Positions 9,828 through 20,254 of a DNA stretch of 38,621 bases are shown one piece after another (position 1 is the stretch's first letter; every line of letters starts with the position of its first letter). Position numbers and translations under genes: made by a program. Origin of the DNA: Thermoflexales bacterium (GTDB taxonomy: Bacteria; Chloroflexota; Anaerolineae; B4-G1). Location: assembly GCA_007123205.1 (NCBI GenBank), contig SKLM01000304.1:1-38621 (forward strand), read 5' to 3'. Under the pieces are notes generated by a model. That model saw nothing but the letters and a program-made list of their open reading frames with translations. It was not told the DNA's origin and ran no database searches.

Positions 9828-9856
9828 ATCGTACCACGGGGTCGGGCATCTGTCAA
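9828..9856 (-). promoter_or_regulatory. Sigma-70-type promoter of the hrcA-grpE-dnaK-dnaJ(-prmA) operon
   Basis: Minus strand reads TTGACA (9851-9856), 17 nt, TGgTACGAT (TACGAT at 9828-9833). CIRCE starts 13 nt downstream of the -10. Confidence 0.7.
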
Positions 9857-10038
9857 CCTGCCGAGCCCAGCCGCAGGGTCTCCTCATCCTCGCCGTTGAG
9901 GTGAGCGGCACTCAGCAGAATCGTACCCATTTCACAAAAGCAGCCGTAGATGTCGGTTTGGGCCGGTGGTATCTCGGCCAAAGCGCCGATGCTCTCGAGC
10001 CTGAAGAGAATGAAGCCGTAGCCAAGCTGCCCCGATAC

Positions 10039-10067
10039 TTGCCAATCGACGCACCTTCTGGTACGAT
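10039..10067 (+). promoter_or_regulatory. Sigma-70-type promoter upstream of the PBP gene
   Basis: TTGCCA (10039-10044), 17 nt, TGgTACGAT (10062-10067), 32 nt before the ATG at 10100. Confidence 0.55.
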
Positions 10068-10099
10068 GAGTGGCTCACCGGCGGGAGGTGGGGTAGCTA

Positions 10100-13000
10100 A
10101 TGACATCTGACGGAACAGTGCGTTACATCGCCTTGCGGCGACACAGAAACCGACGTTATCGTCAGCGGTCCGGCGTCCAGCAAGTGCTGCGCATCCTGAT
10201 CGTGGTATTCCTTGCCACTTTCATCGCGGTCTCGGCCTCCATCGTGGCGGGCGTCAGCGCCATCGGCGGCGCCTATGCCTACTTCACCCGCGATTTGCCC
10301 GCCCCTGCGGAGATCGAGGCGGCCGAGGAGGGGTTTGAGACCACGCAGATCTTCGACCGCACAGGCCAGCACATCATCGCCCGACTTATCGATCCCACAG
10401 GAGGCGAACGAGCGTGGGTATCCCTGGACCAGCTGCCAGACCATCTGATCCAGGCGACCGTGGCCAGCGAGGACCGCACGTTCTGGGACAATCCCGGCTT
10501 CAGCCCGCGGGGGATAGCCCGGGCCGCGTGGTCTACCGTCCGTGGGGACGAGATCCAGGGTGGTTCCTCCATCACGCAGCAGCTCATCAAGAACTTCGTC
10601 ATTGAGAGAGAGCGCCGCTACATTGGGCCCGAGGGACCGCAATGGGACGACTACGATCGGAAGATCACTGAGATCCTGCTCTCACACCGCATCACTGAAG
10701 TCTACAGCAAAGAACAGATCCTGGAATGGTACCTGAACACGAACTTCTACGGCAACCTCTCGCACGGCATTGAGGCAGCAGCCCAGGTCTACTTCGGGAA
10801 GAGCGCCAGCGAACTGACCCTGTCGGAATCGACCACACTGGTGGCGGTTCCGCAGAACCCGCGGATGAACCCTTTCGACAACCCCGACATGGCCCGCAGA
10901 CGCCAGGGCGTCGTGCTCGACAGCATGGTGCGAGACGGCTACATAACGGCCCAGGAAGCGAACATGGCCAAAGAAGAGCCGTGGGAGCTGGCCGAGGCAG
11001 AATCTCTCGCGCGCTTCGACATGCGGGCCCCGCACTTTGCTGTCTATGTGCGTAACCAGTTGGAGGGGATGCCGGAGGTCGGAGCTGGTGCTCTCTATCG
11101 CGGCGGGCTGCGCGTCTACACCACCGTGGACCTCGATCTCCACGAGCAAGCCCAATGTGCGGCGCAGACTCACCTACGCCGTCTTTCGGGGGAGGACGAG
11201 GTCCAGGTCATCCAGGAGGCTGTCGAGTCCGGTTGTGAGGCTGCGCGGTACCTGCCTCCCCTCCGTGCGGCGTCTGTAGGCAAGGATCACGACGTCAACA
11301 ACGCATCGGTGGTGGTCATCCGTCCGGGGACAGGCGAGATTCTGGCCCTGGTGGGCAGCGTCAACTTCTGGGACGACGGAATACACGGTCAGTACAATGT
11401 CGCCGTGGACGGGCTGGGACGGCAACCAGGCTCGTCCTTCAAGCCCTTTACCTACCTGACGCTGCTCTCCCAGGGTTACAACGCGGCCCACATGTTCCTC
11501 GACGTAAGACATACCTTCCCTCAACCCGTCGGGGAACCCTACATACCAGAGAACTATGACCGGCGCTACCACGGCCCCCAGCGCATGCGCCTGGCCCTGG
11601 CCCGCTCCTACAACATACCAGCAGTCTCGGCCCTCCAGATGGCCGGCATCGAGAACGTTCTCCGCACCGCCCATCGCATGGGCATCAACAGCCTCGACCG
11701 AGGACTGGATCACTACGGCCTGAGCCTGACGTTAGGAGGCGGCGAGGTACACTTGCTGGACCTGACCTATGCATTCAGCGTCCTCGCCAACAACGGCAGG
11801 ATGTACGGGGCGCCGGTGCGGGCGGAAGAGGCGCGCCGGGGGTTTCGCGAGCTTGATCCGGTGAGCATCTTGAGGGTTGAGGACCGCGATGGAAATATCC
11901 TCTATCAGTACGATCAGCCTGGGAGCGACGCCGTGCTCTCGCCCGAGCTGGCTTACCTGATGAACGATATTCTGGCCGATCGGCAGGCGCGCTGGGCAGC
12001 GATGGGCCAGGCCAACCCCCTGGAGCTGTCCGACGGTCGGCCGGCGGCGGCTAAGACGGGCACCACCGACGACTTCCGCGACTCCTGGACCGTCGGGTAC
12101 ACGCCGCAGCTGGCCGTCGGCGTCTGGGTCGGCAATACCGACAACAGGAAGATGGACGACGTGCCGGGAGTTCGGGGCGCTGCGCCGATCTGGCACGCCG
12201 TGCTGGAATACGCGCTCCGGGACGATCTATCCGTGCCTTTCAACCGGCCCGAGGGACTGATCACTCGATCAGTCTGCGCAGTCTCGGGCAAGCTCCCCAC
12301 CGACGACTGCCCGACGGTCACCGAGCTGTTCATCCCGGTCACCGAGCCGACGCAGCGATGTGACATCCATCAGACCTACCTCGTGAACCGGGAGACCGGG
12401 AGGTTGTGCACCGTCCATACCGATCCGGCGCTTTGCGAAGAGAGGACCTACGAGGTCTACCCCCCGGAGGCGGAGAGCTGGATCGACGCCCTTCCGGAGG
12501 ACCGGCGGCCGGAGAGACCGCCCACCGAATACGACACGATCTACGGTTCAACGCGCGGGGACGCAGATGTGGTCATCCTCTCCCCGGAGTCTTACGCCTA
12601 CGTAGCCGGCGTAATCCCCATCCATGGAAGCGCCCGGGGTGAGGATTTCAACTTCTTCCGTCTGGTGTTCGGCAGAGGGCTCAACCCCACCGAGTGGATC
12701 CAGATCGGGCCCGAGCATGCCCATCAGGTGGACCACGGCCTGCTGGAGAGCTGGGACACGGCTGGGTTGGATGGTCTCTATAGCCTGCGCCTTCAGGTCG
12801 TCGGGCATACAGGGGACGTCCGGGAACACGAGATCCAGGTCACCGTGGACAACGTCCCACCGACGGTCCGTGTCACCTACCCGACAGAGGGATCCCGATT
12901 CCAGCGAGCGAACCAGAGACGGGTCAGCATCAGCGCCGAGGTCGAGGACTACTCTCTGGACCGGGTAGAGTTCTATGCCTATGCCGGTGGCAAGGAGACG

Positions 13001-13171
13001 CAACCGGCGGGGCTCCAGCCGTTTTCCGTGCAGCGAGTCGCTCCATTCGCCGCCAACTGGACCCTCAGCGAGTCGACCAGCCTCGGTAGCCACACGTTCT
13101 ACCTCATCGCTTTCGACGCTGCAGGGAATAGATCGCGGAGCAATCTCGTGACGATCGAGATCGTCCCTTGA
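10100..13171 (+). CDS. Class A penicillin-binding protein (transglycosylase/transpeptidase) with a C-terminal Ig-like extension
   Basis: N-terminal TM anchor, GT51 motifs EDRTFWDNPGFS and GGSSITQQL, transpeptidase motifs SSFKPF (SxxK) and KTGTT. About 200 extra C-terminal residues are beta-rich. Confidence 0.93.
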   Translation: MTSDGTVRYIALRRHRNRRYRQRSGVQQVLRILIVVFLATFIAVSASIVAGVSAIGGAYAYFTRDLPAPAEIEAAEEGFETTQIFDRTGQHIIARLIDPTGGERAWVSLDQLPDHLIQATVASEDRTFWDNPGFSPRGIARAAWSTVRGDEIQGGSSITQQLIKNFVIERERRYIGPEGPQWDDYDRKITEILLSHRITEVYSKEQILEWYLNTNFYGNLSHGIEAAAQVYFGKSASELTLSESTTLVAVPQNPRMNPFDNPDMARRRQGVVLDSMVRDGYITAQEANMAKEEPWELAEAESLARFDMRAPHFAVYVRNQLEGMPEVGAGALYRGGLRVYTTVDLDLHEQAQCAAQTHLRRLSGEDEVQVIQEAVESGCEAARYLPPLRAASVGKDHDVNNASVVVIRPGTGEILALVGSVNFWDDGIHGQYNVAVDGLGRQPGSSFKPFTYLTLLSQGYNAAHMFLDVRHTFPQPVGEPYIPENYDRRYHGPQRMRLALARSYNIPAVSALQMAGIENVLRTAHRMGINSLDRGLDHYGLSLTLGGGEVHLLDLTYAFSVLANNGRMYGAPVRAEEARRGFRELDPVSILRVEDRDGNILYQYDQPGSDAVLSPELAYLMNDILADRQARWAAMGQANPLELSDGRPAAAKTGTTDDFRDSWTVGYTPQLAVGVWVGNTDNRKMDDVPGVRGAAPIWHAVLEYALRDDLSVPFNRPEGLITRSVCAVSGKLPTDDCPTVTELFIPVTEPTQRCDIHQTYLVNRETGRLCTVHTDPALCEERTYEVYPPEAESWIDALPEDRRPERPPTEYDTIYGSTRGDADVVILSPESYAYVAGVIPIHGSARGEDFNFFRLVFGRGLNPTEWIQIGPEHAHQVDHGLLESWDTAGLDGLYSLRLQVVGHTGDVREHEIQVTVDNVPPTVRVTYPTEGSRFQRANQRRVSISAEVEDYSLDRVEFYAYAGGKETQPAGLQPFSVQRVAPFAANWTLSESTSLGSHTFYLIAFDAAGNRSRSNLVTIEIVP

Positions 13172-13207
13172 CCGCATAACTCACGCACTGCGAAGAGTAC
13201 CCCATCA

Positions 13208-14014
13208 GTGACACCTGATAGACCCCATATTCTGGTAACAAACGATGATGGCATCAGGGCCCCCGGGTTGTTGGCCTTGAAGAACGCCTGCAGCAGACTG
13301 GGCAAGGTCACCATCCTGGCCCCCGCGCGCAACTGGTCGGCCTCCGGCCACGTCAAGACGATGCACAAACCGCTGCGCGTGGAGGAGGTACTCCTCGATG
13401 ACGGGACGCCAGCGCTCTCGACTACCGGGGCACCCTCCGACGCTGTAGCCCTGGCGCTTCTCGGCATCATCTCGGGGCCCATCGACCTGGTGGTCTCGGG
13501 TGTCAACGAGGGAGCCAACCTGGGCCACGATGTGACGTACTCCGGCACCGTCACTGCCGCGATGGAGGCCACTATCTTCGGTGTGGAGGCGGTTGCCGTC
13601 TCCCTCGACTCCCGCGAGTCCGACGATTTCTCAGTGGCCGCGATGTGGGGAGCCCGAGTAGGCCGCGCGGTCCTGGAGCGTGGGCTGCCCCGGGATGTGC
13701 TGCTTAACGTCAATGTCCCGCCCGTCTCAGCCGATCGGATAGCAGGCGTGAAGATCACACGAATGGGGCTCCGGATCTACCGCGACGAACTGACTGAGCG
13801 GGTTGATCCGCGGGGGCGGCCCTACTACTGGATCGTGGGACCGGAACCGACGGGCGTCGAGGATGAAGGTACCGATATCTGGGCCGTCGCCAACGACTAC
13901 GTTTCGGTGACCCCCATTCAGCTCGATCTGACGGCGCACAGGTTTATCGACTGTCTGCACGATTGGGATCTAGCGCGCGACGGCGTGGAACCGGACGAAG
14001 GGACATTCCGGTGA
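13208..14014 (+). CDS. surE: 5'/3'-nucleotidase SurE
   Basis: ILVTNDDGIRAPGL ... GVNEGANLG.DVTYSGTVTAAMEA. Confidence 0.92.
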   Translation: MTPDRPHILVTNDDGIRAPGLLALKNACSRLGKVTILAPARNWSASGHVKTMHKPLRVEEVLLDDGTPALSTTGAPSDAVALALLGIISGPIDLVVSGVNEGANLGHDVTYSGTVTAAMEATIFGVEAVAVSLDSRESDDFSVAAMWGARVGRAVLERGLPRDVLLNVNVPPVSADRIAGVKITRMGLRIYRDELTERVDPRGRPYYWIVGPEPTGVEDEGTDIWAVANDYVSVTPIQLDLTAHRFIDCLHDWDLARDGVEPDEGTFR

Positions 14015-14146
14015 ATTGGCCCGATTCTGTGGAGCGGCAGCGGGCCACGGCCCGTGGGCCCGCTGCCCTGGTGGTACAGACAGGACTGGAAACGTACGAC
14101 GGGATGATGCGACCCTATTCCCCATCGGAGCAATGAGAATCCTAAG

Positions 14147-16183
14147 ATGCCTGAGAACGATAGACGCACCACGACCGCGGCCGATCTGTATCGCTTCCGC
14201 CTCGTCACGGACTGCCAGCTCTCTCCTGACGGGCGGCACGTGATCTTCTGTGTTCAGCGCGTGGAAGAGGACAGCCAGAAGAAGTTCACCAACCTCTGGT
14301 TGGTCCCCACGGCAGGGGGCAAGCCCCGCCGGTTCACCGCTGGGGATCACGTCGACAGTAGCCCCAGGTGGTCTCCGGACGGGGGTCAGATCGCGTTTCT
14401 CTCGAACCGCGTGGACGAGGATCAACCCCAGATCCACCTGATTCCCGTTGACGGCGGGGAGGCACGCCAGCTGACCGACCTCAAGGGCAAGTTCGCCAGC
14501 CTGGAGTGGGCGCCGGACGGATCCCAGCTCCTATGTCAGTTCCAGAAGAAGGACCAGGAGACGATTGAGCGCGAGGACGACGAGCAGAGGAAGGAACTCG
14601 GCGTCGTCTTGCGACACTACAAGAGGGTCTTCTACAAACTTGACGGGGAGGGCTACCTTCCCCAGGAGCGCTGGCACATCTGGACGGTCGACGCGGAAAC
14701 GGGCGAGCCCACCCAGCTGACCGAGGGCGACGTCCACGACGAGCTTGACCCACGCTGGTCTCCTCATGGAGACCAGATCGTATTCCACTCCATCCGCACC
14801 GAAGAACCGGATCTGGATCCCGACGCCGTCGACATTTTCGTTATGCCGGCCGCGGGAGGTGAGCTGCGCAGAATAGCGACCCCCATTGGTGAGAAGCAGA
14901 TGCCCGTGTTCTCGCCGGACGGGCGCTGGCTGGCTTATCTGGGCCGGGAAGGCCGGGGAGAATGGTGGAAGCAGACCAGCCTTTGGATCGTCCCCGTAGG
15001 CGGCAGCGACGAGGCCCGGAACCTGACGGAGCCTTTCGACGTCGAGGTCTCCTTTGCGACCATCAATGACCTGCCAGGGGGGCTTCCCTTGTCGCCGCCC
15101 ATGTGGTCGAAGGACGGAAACCACGTGTACGTACAGATCTCGGAGCACGGGAACACCCATCTGAAGTCGGTCTCCGTCGATGGCAGCGACGCAGAGCTCA
15201 AGACGGTCATCGGCGGGGATGGGGTGGTAGGAAGCTTCACCTTCGATGATCGGCAATCGACGCTGGCCTATCTCCACGCCAATATGGCGGCGCCCGCCGA
15301 GGTCTGGACGATGGAACTGACCGATGGCGGAGCCATAAGGCTCTCGGATCTCAACAGCAGTCTGCTCCAGGGGATCGACCTGGGGGAGATGGAGGAGGTG
15401 TGGATCGAAGGATCGGCTGGCCATAGGCTGCACGGCTGGCTCCTGAAGCCCCCGCGCTTCGAGCCGACGGAGCGCTATCCCGCCCTGGTGGAGATTCACG
15501 GTGGGCCTCGCGCCCAGTACGGAAACTTCTTCATGCACGAGTTCTACTTCCTCGCGGCCCAGGGCTACGTGATCGCGTTCTGCAACCCGCGCGGCAGCCG
15601 GGGATACGGCGAGGCACATACCAGGGCGATCGTCAACGATTGGGGTAACTCCGACTACGACGACTTAATGGCCTGGACAGACTTCGTTGCGAGCAGACCG
15701 TACGTGGACTCCGGGCGGATGGGCGTCGCCGGCGGCAGCTATGGCGGCTACATGACCAACTGGATCATCGGTCACACAGACCGCTTCCGGGCCGCCGTCA
15801 CACAGCGCAGTGTCAGCAATCTGCTCAGCTTCTACGGCTCCACCGATTTCAACTGGGTCTGGGAGCATGAGTTCGGCAATCAGCCACCGTGGGAGGCCTT
15901 TGAGAACTACTGGCGGCAATCACCCATCAGTCACATCGGCAATGCGACCACACCCACGCTGGTCATCCACAACGAGGACGATCTCCGCTGTCCCATCGAA
16001 CAGGGTGAGCAGGTCTTCGTGGCACTGAAGAGACTGGGGGTGGATACGGAGATGGTCCGCTTCCCCGACGAAGCCCACGGCCTCTCCCGCGGTGGGCGGA
16101 CCGACCGGCGGATCGAGCGACTCGAGCACATCCTGCGCTGGTTCGACCGGTACCTGAAAGGGGACACACCAGCGGATGATTAG
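14147..16183 (+). CDS. S9 family serine peptidase (beta-propeller plus alpha/beta hydrolase domain)
   Basis: Repeated SP(D/H)G propeller motifs, nucleophile elbow GGSYGGYM, and distal EDDLRCP and DEAHG acid/His motifs. Confidence 0.9.
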   Translation: MPENDRRTTTAADLYRFRLVTDCQLSPDGRHVIFCVQRVEEDSQKKFTNLWLVPTAGGKPRRFTAGDHVDSSPRWSPDGGQIAFLSNRVDEDQPQIHLIPVDGGEARQLTDLKGKFASLEWAPDGSQLLCQFQKKDQETIEREDDEQRKELGVVLRHYKRVFYKLDGEGYLPQERWHIWTVDAETGEPTQLTEGDVHDELDPRWSPHGDQIVFHSIRTEEPDLDPDAVDIFVMPAAGGELRRIATPIGEKQMPVFSPDGRWLAYLGREGRGEWWKQTSLWIVPVGGSDEARNLTEPFDVEVSFATINDLPGGLPLSPPMWSKDGNHVYVQISEHGNTHLKSVSVDGSDAELKTVIGGDGVVGSFTFDDRQSTLAYLHANMAAPAEVWTMELTDGGAIRLSDLNSSLLQGIDLGEMEEVWIEGSAGHRLHGWLLKPPRFEPTERYPALVEIHGGPRAQYGNFFMHEFYFLAAQGYVIAFCNPRGSRGYGEAHTRAIVNDWGNSDYDDLMAWTDFVASRPYVDSGRMGVAGGSYGGYMTNWIIGHTDRFRAAVTQRSVSNLLSFYGSTDFNWVWEHEFGNQPPWEAFENYWRQSPISHIGNATTPTLVIHNEDDLRCPIEQGEQVFVALKRLGVDTEMVRFPDEAHGLSRGGRTDRRIERLEHILRWFDRYLKGDTPADD

Positions 16184-16267
16184 CCCAGCAACGCCGGTCA
16201 GCGAGCAGGGCTGCTTACGCGACCGCGCGGTTTGGAGGAAGACCGTTCGAAAGAGAAAGGAGCCGCT

Positions 16268-17137
16268 GTGATACCGTTGACCCGGAACGACAATCGGAGA
16301 TCCCGGATCGTCGGAGAGATTCTCGAGTTCTGCCGGGGTCCGGAGAACACGCTTCGGACGGCTCAGGCGGATCGCGCGTGGGCCGAGCCTCTCGTAGGGT
16401 TCTCCCGGGGAGACGATCCGCTGTACGAGGCGTACAAGGAGTACGTGGGGCCTTTCCACTGGACTCCAGTCGAGATATTCCGGCGGACCTTCCCCGACAG
16501 TGACGCCGAGGCCAGCGAGCTCACCGTCATCTCCTGGGTACTGCCGCAGACGAGCCAGACGAAGCACGACAACCGGAATCAGAAGGTCTATCCGGCCGAG
16601 AGCTGGGCCCGCTCCCGCATCTACGGTGAGGCGTTCAACTGCCGCCTGAGAGAGCACGTGGTTATCACTCTGAGCGACCTGGGACATGAATCTGTGGCGC
16701 CGCACCTATCCCCGGCCTGGGAGACGACGGCTTTGTCCGACTACGGCTACGCTTCCACCTGGTCAGAGCGCCACGCCGCGTACGCGTCCGGGCTGGGCAC
16801 ATTCGGCCTGTGCGATGGGCTCATCACTCCCAGAGGTAAAGCTGTGCGGGTCGGATCGGTGGTGGCTCGTGTCCAGCTACCCACCACACCAAGGCTCTAC
16901 GACGGCCACCAAGAGTTCTGCCTGTTCATGGCTGAGGGCACCTGCGGACAGTGCATGGACCGATGTCCTGTGGGTGCCATCACGGAGACAGGGCACGACA
17001 AGGAGACGTGCGAGAGACACCTGTCGAGGACCAGGGAGTTCGTCAGAAAGGAGTATGGATTCGAGGGGTACGGCTGTGGCCTGTGTCAGACCGGTGTCCC
17101 CTGTGAATCGGCGAGACCGATCGGCGCCCACCAGTAG
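16268..17137 (+). CDS. QueG/reductive-dehalogenase-like 4Fe-4S protein
   Basis: Two Fe-S motifs: CLFMAEGTCGQCMDRCPVGAI and CGLCQTGVPC. The GTG at 16268 is preceded by AAAGGAG (16256-16262). The track ORF starts at 16232. Confidence 0.6.
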   Translation: MIPLTRNDNRRSRIVGEILEFCRGPENTLRTAQADRAWAEPLVGFSRGDDPLYEAYKEYVGPFHWTPVEIFRRTFPDSDAEASELTVISWVLPQTSQTKHDNRNQKVYPAESWARSRIYGEAFNCRLREHVVITLSDLGHESVAPHLSPAWETTALSDYGYASTWSERHAAYASGLGTFGLCDGLITPRGKAVRVGSVVARVQLPTTPRLYDGHQEFCLFMAEGTCGQCMDRCPVGAITETGHDKETCERHLSRTREFVRKEYGFEGYGCGLCQTGVPCESARPIGAHQ

Positions 17138-17333
17138 CGGGCCCGAAGCCACTGCTTCTCGGTGGGGTCTCACAGTCGACCGCTCCTGCTGTCAGGTCCG
17201 GGCGATTCTGCCGAGAGCCTTTCGCGCGGGCTCCATTCCGCTCACCGGGTGCGTCCCAGTGAGCATCCGGTAACATTAGGAGGAGACCTTTTGGCGCCCC
17301 CTGCCGAAGTTGGGCTGGCGAGAACAGGAGTAG

Positions 17334-18104
17334 ATGGAAGCCATACAGAATTTCCGGGATGTCGGCGGCTGTCGCACGGTCGATGGCCTGTTGGTCAGGC
17401 GCGGGCTCCTGTATCGCAGCGCCAGCTTAGCCCTTGCGTCGCGTGCCGACCTGGAGGAATTGTCCTCCCTGGGGATTCGCACCATCTGTGACTTGAGAAC
17501 GTACGAGGAGAGAGATGAAGCGCGAGATCGTGTCCCACGCCACGCGGCGGTGCGGTCCGTCCACATCCCGATCCGGGTGAACCACCACAAGGACCTAGGT
17601 GTGGTCTCGCGACTGCTCTGGCTCCTGTTCGGGGATGGGCGTCGGCTCGATTACGAGTCGGTGGCCAGAGAGAGCTACCGAGAGTACGTCACGGATTTCC
17701 GCTCCGAGTTCGGGGCTGTCATGAGGCTGGCCTCGGAACCGCATAACCTACCCCTGCTGATACACTGCACAGCGGGCAAGGACCGCACCGGGTTCGCCTG
17801 CAGCCTCATCCAACGGACGCTGGGCGTATCTGCGGACGTGGTCCTGGACGATTACCTGAAAAGCAACGATCATCTTGACAGATTCCGGGAGGTGACGCTG
17901 CACAGGCTGAGGTTCCTGAAGCTGTTCGGCATCTCCAAACAGAGGATATTGCCCCTGTTGGAGGCACGCAGTGACTACCTGGAGGCAGCTTTCGACCAAA
18001 TCCGTGCTGTCCACGGCACCGTAGACGCCTACGTTAGCGACGGGCTGGGCTTCTCGGAGAGGGAGACGAGACGATTGAAGGGGCTGCTGCTGGAGTCAGG
18101 ATAG
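17334..18104 (+). CDS. Protein-tyrosine phosphatase family protein (Y_phosphatase3-like)
   Basis: The CX5R P-loop HCTAGKDRTG sits in a 256-aa protein. N-terminal NFRDVGG is typical of this family. Confidence 0.8.
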   Translation: MEAIQNFRDVGGCRTVDGLLVRRGLLYRSASLALASRADLEELSSLGIRTICDLRTYEERDEARDRVPRHAAVRSVHIPIRVNHHKDLGVVSRLLWLLFGDGRRLDYESVARESYREYVTDFRSEFGAVMRLASEPHNLPLLIHCTAGKDRTGFACSLIQRTLGVSADVVLDDYLKSNDHLDRFREVTLHRLRFLKLFGISKQRILPLLEARSDYLEAAFDQIRAVHGTVDAYVSDGLGFSERETRRLKGLLLESG

Positions 18105-18202
18105 CCAGCGCTGAGGACGTCGGCCGACCATCGGGCCGGTTCTAAGCACGGCATAGACCGCTGTCGTCGCTGGCCGGCGGCCGGCGGTAGGACGGATGCG
18201 AT

Positions 18203-18940
18203 ATGAGAGCGTATGACGACCTGACGTACGGTGACCGAATCGCTGAATTCTATGACGACCTGTATGGTGATGTCGGAGAGGACACCGTCAGCCTCCTGGA
18301 GGAGCTCTCGGCAGGGGGCGATGCGCTCGAGCTGGGGATCGGAACGGGGCGGGTAGCCCTCCCCCTGGCAGCACGATCCGTCTCTGTGACGGGCATCGAT
18401 GCGTCTCCCGCCATGGTGGAGAAGCTGCGCGCCAAACCCGGCGGAGATAGGATCCCGGTGGTGATGGGCAGCTTCGCCGAGATCCCCATGGACCAGGCGT
18501 TCGACCTCATCTTCGTGGTCTTCAACACGTTCTTTGCCCTCTCCACCCAGGAGGAGCAGATCGCGTGCTTCAGGAGCGTCGCCGCGCACCTCAATGACCA
18601 CGGACACTTTCTTGTGGAGGTCTTCGTGCCGGACTTAACCCGGTTCGAGGACCACCAGGCCGTACGCTTGATCGAGCTGAGGGACGACGGCGTGCGGCTC
18701 GACGCAGCTGAGCATGACATCGTCAACCAGCAGGTCTCCAGCCAACACGTCATGATCAGCCAGGAGGGTGTCAGGCTGTTTCCGGTGAAGCTGCGCTACG
18801 CGTGGCCATCGGAGCTCGATCTGATGGCCAAGCTGGCTGGACTGACGCTGAAAGAGCGCTGGGGATCGTGGCAGAGAGAACCGCTCACGAGGGACAGCAC
18901 CAAGCACATCTCTATCTACGGCAAGGCCCATGATACCTGA
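18203..18940 (+). CDS. Class I SAM-dependent methyltransferase
   Basis: Motif I ALELGIGTGRVALPLA and post-I VTGIDASPAMV. Confidence 0.8.
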   Translation: MRAYDDLTYGDRIAEFYDDLYGDVGEDTVSLLEELSAGGDALELGIGTGRVALPLAARSVSVTGIDASPAMVEKLRAKPGGDRIPVVMGSFAEIPMDQAFDLIFVVFNTFFALSTQEEQIACFRSVAAHLNDHGHFLVEVFVPDLTRFEDHQAVRLIELRDDGVRLDAAEHDIVNQQVSSQHVMISQEGVRLFPVKLRYAWPSELDLMAKLAGLTLKERWGSWQREPLTRDSTKHISIYGKAHDT

Positions 18941-19080
18941 CCATGCACCTCCCTGGGCCAAGTGCATCGTACGATGCGGCTGATCGTGGGCCGCCCCTTC
19001 CACGAGATCGCAGCTCCCAGGTTGCGATCTCTTTCCAGCGCAGGTCCGCGACATATGCAGCGCGGAACGTGCCCACTCTG

Positions 19081-20190
19081 ATGACAGTGCGCTACCGACA
19101 GGTCACCTTCTACTACTACACCGGCTCGGGCAACTCTCGCCGCGTGGCCGCCTGGATGGCCGACGCTGTCCGTGCGACGGGATCCGCGGTCATCTTCTCA
19201 CCCCTTCAATCCGCCAACCCGGCCGACGACGTGGGCCACGGAGAGAACGCGCTCCTGGTGTTGGTGATGCCCACCCACGCCTTCACGGCGCCCTGGGCCG
19301 TGTTGCGCTTCGCCCTCGGCCTGCCGCGCCGCAAGGGGACCGATGCAGCCGTTGTGGCTACCCGGGGCGGGCTGAAGATCGGCCAGCTTTACACGCCCGG
19401 GTTCGAAGGGACTGCTACGTCGCTGGTGGCCCTGATCCTCGCCGCCAAAGGGTATCGAGTTCAAAGCACGGAAGGCATCGACATGCCCTCCAACTGGACC
19501 GCGCTTCACCCGGCCCTACCGCGCCGCGCAGTCGATGGCATCATCGACCACGCCCAGCGGAAGACAGCCCGGCTCAGCGCCGAGATCATATCGGGCGCGC
19601 CGGGTTTCGCCAACTGGCGCGCTTCGCTACTGGGCGTACTGGTCCTGCCCCTATCGCTGGGCTACTTGCTTTGCGGAAGGTTCTTCCTGGCGAAACTGTT
19701 CTTCGCCTCCGACGACTGCACGGGATGCAGACTCTGTGCCGAGCGCTGCCCCAACGACGGGATCGCACTCTGGGATGACGGAGTGGCAATCCGTCCATAC
19801 TGGACTTTCCGCTGTCAGAGTCGTATGCGATGCATGGCCTACTGCCCCACCCAGGCTGTAGAGGCGAGCCATATGCTGGCGGCCGTCGTTCTGCTCCTGG
19901 CTGGGAGCTTACCCACCGGGGTAGCCCTGTCCCGGTTGACGGCCTGGATTCCGTCCTTGCGCTTCTTGAGGATGATACCACGCTGGGTGCTGCACTGGGG
20001 CACTGGGCTGGCGCTGCTGACCGCTGCCTATCGGCTGTCCCACTTTCTCCTGAGGTCACGGGCGGGCAACTGGCTGTTCACGCACACGACGCTCACCCAC
20101 GCCTACCGCCGCTATCGCGAGCCATCTACCCGCGTCGAGGACTTGTGGGAAAGGGAACCACCCCCGGACGGGGGTCGGAGTTCCCGATGA
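19081..20190 (+). CDS. Flavodoxin-like / 4Fe-4S dicluster (EFR1-type) ferredoxin with hydrophobic membrane segments
   Basis: YYTGSGNSRRVAAW (flavodoxin-like N-terminus), CTGCRLCAERCP plus C..RMRCMAYCP, and several hydrophobic helices. Start set at MTVRYRQ (19081); the track ORF starts at 18943. Confidence 0.62.
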   Translation: MTVRYRQVTFYYYTGSGNSRRVAAWMADAVRATGSAVIFSPLQSANPADDVGHGENALLVLVMPTHAFTAPWAVLRFALGLPRRKGTDAAVVATRGGLKIGQLYTPGFEGTATSLVALILAAKGYRVQSTEGIDMPSNWTALHPALPRRAVDGIIDHAQRKTARLSAEIISGAPGFANWRASLLGVLVLPLSLGYLLCGRFFLAKLFFASDDCTGCRLCAERCPNDGIALWDDGVAIRPYWTFRCQSRMRCMAYCPTQAVEASHMLAAVVLLLAGSLPTGVALSRLTAWIPSLRFLRMIPRWVLHWGTGLALLTAAYRLSHFLLRSRAGNWLFTHTTLTHAYRRYREPSTRVEDLWEREPPPDGGRSSR

Positions 20191-20254
20191 TCAGGATGAC
20201 CTACCTGCATCCCGCCCCGTGTCCGCACCCGGTCCTCTGAACATCGGAGTCCCA

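Noticed and set aside
18943-19080. 46-aa N-terminal extension of the flavodoxin/ferredoxin protein
   Set aside because: The extension is Pro/Arg/Ser-rich and begins 3 nt after the methyltransferase stop. The flavodoxin-like fold begins at MTVRYRQVTFYYYTGSGNS, so the internal ATG at 19081 is more plausible. Confidence is moderate only.
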